Assembly (NCBI GenBank): GCA_038883795.1
Contig: JAVZLK010000022.1
Location: 1-25,798, forward strand
Length of the DNA stretch: 25,798 bases
From: Candidatus Bathyarchaeia archaeon
Lineage (GTDB): Archaea > Thermoproteota > Bathyarchaeia > Bathyarchaeales > Bathycorpusculaceae
Reading direction: 5' to 3'
Shown here: positions 16,501 through 23,359 of the stretch, in pieces
How positions within the stretch are numbered: position 1 is the stretch's first letter
How the letters are laid out: each line of letters opens with the position of its first letter
The notes under the pieces: generated by a model
What the model was told of the DNA's origin: nothing
Database searches by the model: none
The model's input: only the letters and a program-made list of their open reading frames with translations
Position numbers and translations under genes: made by a program

Positions 16501-17583
16501 TTGTTGAGGATTTTACAGGTTTATATGGGTCCTTATGTAGCTGATAGAGGTGGGGGTGTTTCTGTTTATGTTCGTAATATTTCTGAGCGCTTGGCTAAAA
16601 GGCATGATGTTACAGTTTTCGCAACTGATTTTGGCGGTTTGCCGCGCTTTGAAGTTGTGAATGGTGTTAAGGTTGAACGTTTTAATTGTATTGCGCCTGG
16701 TCGAGCTTACTTTTTCTCTTGGGATATGCTTTTAAGGTTACGGAAAGCAGAATTTGATGTTGTTCATGGGCATTGTTATCATGCCTTTCCGATGCATTTT
16801 TCGGCTCTAGCCAAATGTAAAAGATTTGTTGTTTCTACACATTTTCATGGCGTTGGGCATTCTGTTTTTAGGGACTCTTTGATTAGGTTGTTTAAGCCTA
16901 TTGGCAAGCGTGCACTTAAGAAGGCTGATTGTATAATCGCTGTTTCTGAATATGAAAAGAGTCTTTTGATCAAACAGCTTAGGCTTGATCCTGAAAAAAT
17001 TGTTGTTATCCCCGCGGGGGTTGATTTTAGTGAGTTTAAGGGCTTGAAGAGAAGGAAGCGTGGTTTTAGGAGTATTTTGTATGTTGGCAGGCTAGAGGCT
17101 TACAAAGGTGTCCAATACTTGGTGGAAGTTTTACCTAAATTACCCAGTAATGTAGTTTTAGAGATTGTTGGTAAGGGTTTGCTAAGGCCTTTTTTGGAGA
17201 AGAGGGCACAAGAGCTGGGTGTACATCGTAGAGTTAGGTTTTATCAGGATTTGCCAAGGCGTGAGCTTCTGCAGTTGTTTGTTGATGCAGACGTTTTTGT
17301 TTTGCTTTCGCGATATGAGGCCTATTCTTTAGTTGTGGCTGAGGCATTGGCTGCTGGAACACCTTGTATTGTGGCGAATACTTCTGCTTTGAGTGAATGG
17401 GTTGATGGAGAAAGTTGTTTTGGTGTTGATTATCCTCTTAAGCTAGTGGAGTTGGCTAATGTGATAAATTATGTTTTGAGAAAGAATGACCATGGAGATG
17501 CTGTTTCTCAGCGGTGGATGAAAAGGAAGATTTTAAGTTGGAATGAAGTTACTCAGCGGTTAGAATCTCTATATTATCCTTAA
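16501..17583 (+). CDS. GT4 glycosyltransferase
   Basis: GGVSVYV...LAKRHDVTV, DVVHGH, IAVSEYEK, VIPAGVD, ILYVGRLEAYKG, EAYSLVVAEALAAGTP (E-x7-E). Confidence 0.94.
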   Translation: MLRILQVYMGPYVADRGGGVSVYVRNISERLAKRHDVTVFATDFGGLPRFEVVNGVKVERFNCIAPGRAYFFSWDMLLRLRKAEFDVVHGHCYHAFPMHFSALAKCKRFVVSTHFHGVGHSVFRDSLIRLFKPIGKRALKKADCIIAVSEYEKSLLIKQLRLDPEKIVVIPAGVDFSEFKGLKRRKRGFRSILYVGRLEAYKGVQYLVEVLPKLPSNVVLEIVGKGLLRPFLEKRAQELGVHRRVRFYQDLPRRELLQLFVDADVFVLLSRYEAYSLVVAEALAAGTPCIVANTSALSEWVDGESCFGVDYPLKLVELANVINYVLRKNDHGDAVSQRWMKRKILSWNEVTQRLESLYYP

Positions 17584-17598
17584 AATAGGTGGGAGCTG

Positions 17599-17720
17599 GT
17601 GAAATTTGTTTCGTTGGTTTTCTCGAGATTTAGGATCTTAAGGTTCCTGCGGCTGTTAAAGCAAGGTATTTGAAAGTTTGTTTAGCGAAGTTGTCAATGA
17701 AGCTTAAAGCAAATTGTTAG
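17599..17720 (+). pseudogene. possible decayed 5' remnant of a GT4-like gene
   Basis: AGGTGGGAG SD-like motif and GTG 17599; an adjacent frame reads ICFVGFLEI*DLKVPAAVKARYLKVCLAKL, resembling a GT4 start (MKICFV...LAKLG). Confidence 0.25.
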
Positions 17721-17733
17721 GGGGTGGAATTAT

Positions 17734-17796
17734 ATGGCTGAACAACTAGAAGTGACTACTGCGAAACAGTTATTTAAGCACATTCCGGTCTGGTGA
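17734..17796 (+). CDS. 20-aa peptide MAEQLEVTTAKQLFKHIPVW
   Basis: Not in ORF track. GGGGGTGG SD (17720-17727) 6 nt before ATG; tandem stops TGA TAG; its end GGTGA can serve as SD for the next gene, which starts 7 nt later. Confidence 0.65.
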   Translation: MAEQLEVTTAKQLFKHIPVW

Positions 17797-17803
17797 TAGA
17801 ATT

Positions 17804-18850
17804 TTGCAAAGATATGTTGTGGTTCCAAATATCGTCGAAGTGAATAGCAATGTCGATCACATACCACATTTTGCTCTAGGGCCTACCCTATTCAAAGTTT
17901 CGCAAGTTAAACCTTGTCAAATTAAAGTTTATTTTCTAGTGTATCCAAGAGTTCCTTCTCCATTAAAATTACAAACCTCAATGTATCCTTTTCGTGTTTG
18001 TGAAAATGTAGTTTATTATGAGCACCCATTGTTCGGTGTCTTTAAGCTACAAATAATGCTTTCTGATCTGCAGAACGCTCCTAAAATATTCGTAAATAAC
18101 GAGGTTTATCGCTTAATCCAGCGACCTATAGGAAATCTCCTGCCTGCGGGTGTTCTCTGTACCGATATAATTTGGGCTAAATTAGCTATGAAAAATATGT
18201 CTATAGTACACAGCTCTTGCATATCGCTAAGCGGTGATGGTATACTATTGTTAGGTCATTCTGGCGCGGGGAAGAGTTTAGTAGCGTATCTTTTTCAAAA
18301 AAAGGTTGACTCAGGGTTTCTATCAGAGGACATAACTATTGTTGATGAGAAAAGAGCCTATGCTTGTCCATATACTCAGTCGTTCCTTAACGAGGATTTG
18401 TTTATCAAAACCTTATTTATGGATAAAAGAATAAGTAAAAAAGAATATTTGCGAATTAAATTTCTAAAACGCGTTAGGCGCCTATTGAAACCTTCGCTTT
18501 TTCTACCTTTTAAGCTTTTAATGTTCCCTCCAAGGATTAAAATGACGGATAAGTTTCAAGAAAAAGTCGATGTAAAGAAGATATGTCTATTGGAACGCGG
18601 GGATACTATTGTGAAGGAATTAGACAAAGATGAGATGATCGCAAAGATTTTGTTGTTAAATAGACTTGAATTTTATTATGAGCGGGATCCTTTCTTGACG
18701 GTCTATTCTCTGAATAACCCGGATTTCGAGTACGAAAGATTATTGATAAGAACTAAGGAGATACTGACAAAATTGGTCGAGCAAGCGGACTGTTTTCTGA
18801 TTAAAACTAATAACCCCTCCAGATATTTAGATCTTATACAAAAGCGTTAA
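17804..18850 (+). CDS. HPr kinase/PEPCK-type P-loop protein (HprK-related kinase)
   Basis: VHSSCI...GILLLGHSGAGKS (His + Walker A) followed by FLSEDITIV (variant of the DD motif) and a later ICLLERG strand. Confidence 0.82.
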   Translation: MQRYVVVPNIVEVNSNVDHIPHFALGPTLFKVSQVKPCQIKVYFLVYPRVPSPLKLQTSMYPFRVCENVVYYEHPLFGVFKLQIMLSDLQNAPKIFVNNEVYRLIQRPIGNLLPAGVLCTDIIWAKLAMKNMSIVHSSCISLSGDGILLLGHSGAGKSLVAYLFQKKVDSGFLSEDITIVDEKRAYACPYTQSFLNEDLFIKTLFMDKRISKKEYLRIKFLKRVRRLLKPSLFLPFKLLMFPPRIKMTDKFQEKVDVKKICLLERGDTIVKELDKDEMIAKILLLNRLEFYYERDPFLTVYSLNNPDFEYERLLIRTKEILTKLVEQADCFLIKTNNPSRYLDLIQKR

Positions 18851-18937
18851 GAAATTAATCGTTTCAAAGTTTTAGAGTTTTAACTGTTGCAAGCCTAATC
18901 ATAATACTGAAACTAAAAAATTAATGTACCTTTCAAT

Positions 18938-19960
18938 GTGGTATTAAGAATGATGGTCTCCGTTATTATTATAACGAAAAATAATGCCGCTACTATTGAA
19001 AAATGTATACAAAGCTTGATTAATCAAGAGTATCCTAAGGAGCTAATGGAAATAATATTCGTTGACGGACATAGCTCGGATGGCACTGATGTTGTGATTA
19101 AAAAATATGCCAGCATGTTTCCGTTCATAAAGTTGTACTATGAAGATGTTGGAACAATGGGTTACGCTAGAAATGTGGGAATTAACAATTCCAAGGGTGA
19201 AATAATCTTGTTTACCGATGCTGATGCATTTCCAGAAAAACTTTGGATCAAAAAAATGGTAGATGCTTTTTCTAATAATTCAAAAATCGCAATAGTGGGT
19301 GGACTTGATATTTTAATCAACACAGACAGTGTCCAGAGCGTTGTCGATTCTTGGAGACGACTGCATAGAAGTTTTGGGATTAAAGCAATACCGAAGATTA
19401 AAACTGTAAATTTTGCAATAAGACGTGACATATTAGTTAAGATTGGTGGTTTTGATGAAAAGCTAAACCATGCTGATGAGGGTGATTTAAAGGCTAGGGT
19501 GATTTCGGAAATTAAAGATGCGGAAATACTTTACGACCCAAAAATTGTGGTGTACCATCAAAGAGGACCTATGAAATTTAGTAATAGGATGAAAAAGTTG
19601 TTTAAAAAAAGTTCAATGGGTGTTCCAGTAATGTTAAGAAAGCATATGCTTAGAGTATATTTGAGGAACATTTCTTCGCCAAGTGGAACAAGTTTATGTT
19701 TTATTTTCGCCTGTTTACTATCTCCGCTACTGCTGCTATACTTGTTACTTTTTCCACAAAACCTCATACCCATTTTAATCGGTATCATAAGTATAGGTTT
19801 TGTTATCATCGCTTTCTATACAATAAGTGTTAAACGAGCAACTGGCAAATGGTTTCTTTCACTACCGTTAATTCTTGTTTTGGATATTATAGTGAGACTT
19901 GCAGGAACCTACTATGGATTAATAAAATGGTTTTTCTTCAGACTTCACAGAAAAACTTAA
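18938..19960 (+). CDS. GT2 glycosyltransferase with C-terminal transmembrane helices
   Basis: VSVIIITKN, FVDGHSSDGT, ARNVGI, LFTDAD, IGGFDE, DEGDL, VVYH; about three C-terminal TM segments; ATG 18950/18953 are likelier starts. Confidence 0.92.
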   Translation: MVLRMMVSVIIITKNNAATIEKCIQSLINQEYPKELMEIIFVDGHSSDGTDVVIKKYASMFPFIKLYYEDVGTMGYARNVGINNSKGEIILFTDADAFPEKLWIKKMVDAFSNNSKIAIVGGLDILINTDSVQSVVDSWRRLHRSFGIKAIPKIKTVNFAIRRDILVKIGGFDEKLNHADEGDLKARVISEIKDAEILYDPKIVVYHQRGPMKFSNRMKKLFKKSSMGVPVMLRKHMLRVYLRNISSPSGTSLCFIFACLLSPLLLLYLLLFPQNLIPILIGIISIGFVIIAFYTISVKRATGKWFLSLPLILVLDIIVRLAGTYYGLIKWFFFRLHRKT

Positions 19961-19977
19961 TCTATAGGTTGATTTAT

Positions 19978-21618
19978 ATGCAAATACCACGAAAAGAAGG
20001 AAAAAACTCTTTCAAATTGTTAATGTTCAAAATCCTGATTATTACCCAATTACTTATGCTTATTGCAACATCCCTGCATACTCGAACCCCTCTAATCTGG
20101 ATATGGGCAATTTCATCATTCATTCCACCTGCTATTATTTGCGTTTTGACAGATAAGAAGAGATTTGTTATTCCATCACTTCTACTTCTTTACATATCAC
20201 AACACGCAATTTTTGTTTTTTCGCGATCACCATGGGGATACAATTCTGGATCTGATCCTATAAATGATTTGCATGTTGCTAACGTAATATCTGAAAAATC
20301 AAATTTTATGTTAGGTCAAGTTGGTTATGCAGGAAGACCATCTTACAGTTACTACCCATTTCTACATCTTTTTTCAGTCTTTCTAAATAAAATTTCAGGC
20401 TTACCGTTAAGTTTCATAGCAGTATATGTAGTGCCTATATTTAATGCTTCAATAGTATGTGTAATGTTGTATTTTTTAGCTCATGAATTATTTGGACTTA
20501 ACGCCGTAGAGAGGAATGTTGCAACATTGTTTTTTGGGCTATCATATTCTTTTACTACATATCATTCCGGATATACAAGAGAAGTTTTTGCGTTTCCTCT
20601 TGTTATGTTATCCGTATGGATGGTCAATCGATTACTCAGACGCTCAAATCGCGCGTACGCCATCACATTATTTGTCTTTTTTACTGCCATAATATTTTCC
20701 CACCACATTAGCTCTTATGTACTTTTTGTTATATTGATGGTCATCGTATTAAGCACCTGCATTTTTCGACAACGTAATGTATTAACTCGGTTATTATTAC
20801 TTTATACAGTCATCGTGTTAACATATATATCATACGTTACTATAACGATTTTTATTCAACATATACTTTCAACTTACAGATCATTTCAGTCAGTATCGTA
20901 TCCAAGTGCGCCTCATATAATGAAATATTATGAAACTTGGAGGGCCTATTTGGCCATGATTCATTACTTGATCATAAGCGTACTTGCGCTTGCTGGATGG
21001 TTAAAGCTCTTTTTACATACAAGAAAAGAGAAAAAATGGGATAGTTTTCTTATTCTGACTTTTTTCGCCTTTGCTTTTTTGTTATGTGCCTTATTAAGGC
21101 TTTCAGTTCCTGAATACACGGAAAAATGGAATTGGACTTTCTATTTAGCATTCAGAGGAATCACATGGGCGTTTATAGGACTTTCAGCCATAGCAGCGCT
21201 TGGCTTTACGCATGTTATAAAAATTAAAAATCATGTCAATTTGAAATCTTGTCTCTTGTTAATAGCGATAATCTTCGTATTGGCGGCGGGTAAATTTTCT
21301 CAATATCCTTTGTATATTGACTCAACAAAACCGGTTCACGTTAATTACTCGCGTTATGTTTCTACTTTATGGCTTAAGGATTATACTCTGCACGGATCTA
21401 ACTTTTTAGTTGCCCCCTTTGGGTCTGAATCTTTTTATCCATCATTAGAAATGGCGCCTTACGCTTACCTTAAGCCGTATTTCCTAGACGATGCACCTTA
21501 TGCCAAATTTTGTGGTTATATTCCTTTAATCGGAGGTTTTTTCGATCAATATGAGAATGCAACCGATGTCCAAATAATATACTGCAATGGTGAAACTCTA
21601 CTAGGTTACAAAAGCTAG
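19978..21618 (+). CDS. polytopic membrane protein, GT-C-like or glycan polymerase-like
   Basis: Many hydrophobic segments, loop GSDPINDLH, YSYYPFLHL, IIFSHHISSY and a C-terminal soluble tail with WLK; ATG 19978 avoids the 112-nt overlap implied by the track start 19849. Confidence 0.75.
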   Translation: MQIPRKEGKNSFKLLMFKILIITQLLMLIATSLHTRTPLIWIWAISSFIPPAIICVLTDKKRFVIPSLLLLYISQHAIFVFSRSPWGYNSGSDPINDLHVANVISEKSNFMLGQVGYAGRPSYSYYPFLHLFSVFLNKISGLPLSFIAVYVVPIFNASIVCVMLYFLAHELFGLNAVERNVATLFFGLSYSFTTYHSGYTREVFAFPLVMLSVWMVNRLLRRSNRAYAITLFVFFTAIIFSHHISSYVLFVILMVIVLSTCIFRQRNVLTRLLLLYTVIVLTYISYVTITIFIQHILSTYRSFQSVSYPSAPHIMKYYETWRAYLAMIHYLIISVLALAGWLKLFLHTRKEKKWDSFLILTFFAFAFLLCALLRLSVPEYTEKWNWTFYLAFRGITWAFIGLSAIAALGFTHVIKIKNHVNLKSCLLLIAIIFVLAAGKFSQYPLYIDSTKPVHVNYSRYVSTLWLKDYTLHGSNFLVAPFGSESFYPSLEMAPYAYLKPYFLDDAPYAKFCGYIPLIGGFFDQYENATDVQIIYCNGETLLGYKS

Positions 21619-21666
21619 ATACACGAGAAACTGTTGATTTATGCGTCACTTACACTTAAGTATTTT

Positions 21667-23190
21667 TCATGTACAAGGCATTTGCAATAATGCAACCGTG
21701 TAACCATTAAGTACTAAGGGTTCTGTTACATTGTAGATTTTAGTTTGAATTTCTGGATTTTCATATGAAATTTTTTCATCAATCCATAAAACCGTTACTT
21801 GTCCACTAATGCCCTGAAACCTGACAGTTCTATTTTCGTTTGATTTACAGATTAAAATAATATTAAGCTTTTTATCATGAATCCAAGCAATACTTTTAAC
21901 ATCCCCAGATGAACTTTTCACTTCTATAAGCTTATCCCCGATTGCTAAATTGCTTCCTATCACGAGATGAACATAATATGGATACCATGGTTGATTGTCA
22001 TCTAAGTTGATCATACCGAATCCGAAACCTCCGGATGGTTTTTTAATCGCTGAGGACTTACTACTTGAAAACTCGAAATAGACAAAATAATCTAATCCCT
22101 TTGAAATACTACCTTTTAGAACTAGAGCTAACCACACGGCGCCAGCCATTTGTTGAATCTTCGGGTCCGTTCCGTTCTCCCAAGCGCTATTAAAGTTGCT
22201 TTCTGAAATTATTGCTGGCAACCATTTTCCACGAGTGTTAAACCATTTTTGCCGTGCATCACCTATGCTATATAACGCTGACCATGAAACATCTTCAAAA
22301 CCCCTTATCTCAGCATACCTAAACATTTCTTCATCGCTATACTGCCCAGTAATATCCGCATCGTATTTATGAAAGTCTAGAAAGTCAACATCATCACCAT
22401 ACCGCAACCAATAATCAAAAACCCTCTTCTGCGTAATAGCATCATGGCTAAGCAAAATTTTTGGATTTTCCGAGCGCATAGCCCTAGCAACGGCATTCCA
22501 AAACTCAACAAAATATCCCAACTTCGTCAAATTCGCCGCATTCCAACCAAAATAGAAGAAAGGCTCATTCATAATTTCATAAAACCTTACGGGCAACCCC
22601 AACTGTTTAAAATGCTTAACCCACTCAGCAGCATAAGCAGCATAACTCTCAGCATAAGGAAGCTGAGTGACAGGATTAACAGCCATACCAGGCGGAATAT
22701 AATTCTGAATGTTATCCCTTGCATAGCCCAAACAGAAAAGCGGCTCTGCTCTAATCTCAAAAATTTTCTGAGTAAGCAAATCCACCCAAGTCCAATTCCA
22801 AACTCCAGTTTTAGTAGGCTCATCCCAGTAAATGCAAGGCATAAGCCTTGGATTGGTAGGTCTAAAGTCAAAAACTCGAACAAGCTTGAAGCCAACATCA
22901 ATTGCCAGTTGTTGCTGAACAGTAGAGTCTAAAAATTTCTTCCACCTTTCCCAATCAAGATTAAAACCTAAACTCAAATTGTTAATACCAATAACCTTAT
23001 TCACATCAACAACAACGTCAACGCGAGGCCAATAATTAATGGTGCCACTGGCAGATATAACGCGAGGAGATTGGAGACCGAAGCTTACTGAAACGGCGGA
23101 AAAGATTATTGTGACTATTAGAAAAATGGTGAATGCTGCTTTCTTACAGGCGGTTAGTTGCAAGACTGCCCCCACTATAGAGTATCGCAC
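21667..23190 (-). CDS. secreted or membrane-anchored clan GH-A glycoside hydrolase, GH39-like
   Basis: N-terminal TM/signal, WNWTWVD, FYEIMNEP (acid/base Glu), DFLDFHKY, IISESN (nucleophile Glu), C-terminal beta domain ending LNGYTVALL. Confidence 0.85.
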   Translation of the reverse strand: MRYSIVGAVLQLTACKKAAFTIFLIVTIIFSAVSVSFGLQSPRVISASGTINYWPRVDVVVDVNKVIGINNLSLGFNLDWERWKKFLDSTVQQQLAIDVGFKLVRVFDFRPTNPRLMPCIYWDEPTKTGVWNWTWVDLLTQKIFEIRAEPLFCLGYARDNIQNYIPPGMAVNPVTQLPYAESYAAYAAEWVKHFKQLGLPVRFYEIMNEPFFYFGWNAANLTKLGYFVEFWNAVARAMRSENPKILLSHDAITQKRVFDYWLRYGDDVDFLDFHKYDADITGQYSDEEMFRYAEIRGFEDVSWSALYSIGDARQKWFNTRGKWLPAIISESNFNSAWENGTDPKIQQMAGAVWLALVLKGSISKGLDYFVYFEFSSSKSSAIKKPSGGFGFGMINLDDNQPWYPYYVHLVIGSNLAIGDKLIEVKSSSGDVKSIAWIHDKKLNIILICKSNENRTVRFQGISGQVTVLWIDEKISYENPEIQTKIYNVTEPLVLNGYTVALLQMPCT

Positions 23191-23359
23191 TATTTAATAA
23201 ATAATAAATGTTTCCGCTCACCAGTACAACAAAACTACACCAAAGTTTTCTAGATAAATAATCCATATGCCTTTATTAAGTTCCAAAACAAAATATTAGC
23301 GCGATAAGTCCTATGAAATATCGGAATTAAAATAATAAGGAGAAAGGAGAGCTAAAAAC

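Noticed and set aside
12820-19809. Short ORFs 12820-13068, 13794-14042, 14122-14508, 14129-14311, 14713-14940, 14750-14947, 15321-15509, 19162-19431 and 19558-19809
   Set aside because: Antisense or alternate-frame overlaps of confident genes.
19849-19977. N-terminal extension of the membrane protein given in the ORF track
   Set aside because: Overlaps the GT2 gene by 112 nt; ATG 19978 with an AGGTTGA SD-like motif is more plausible.
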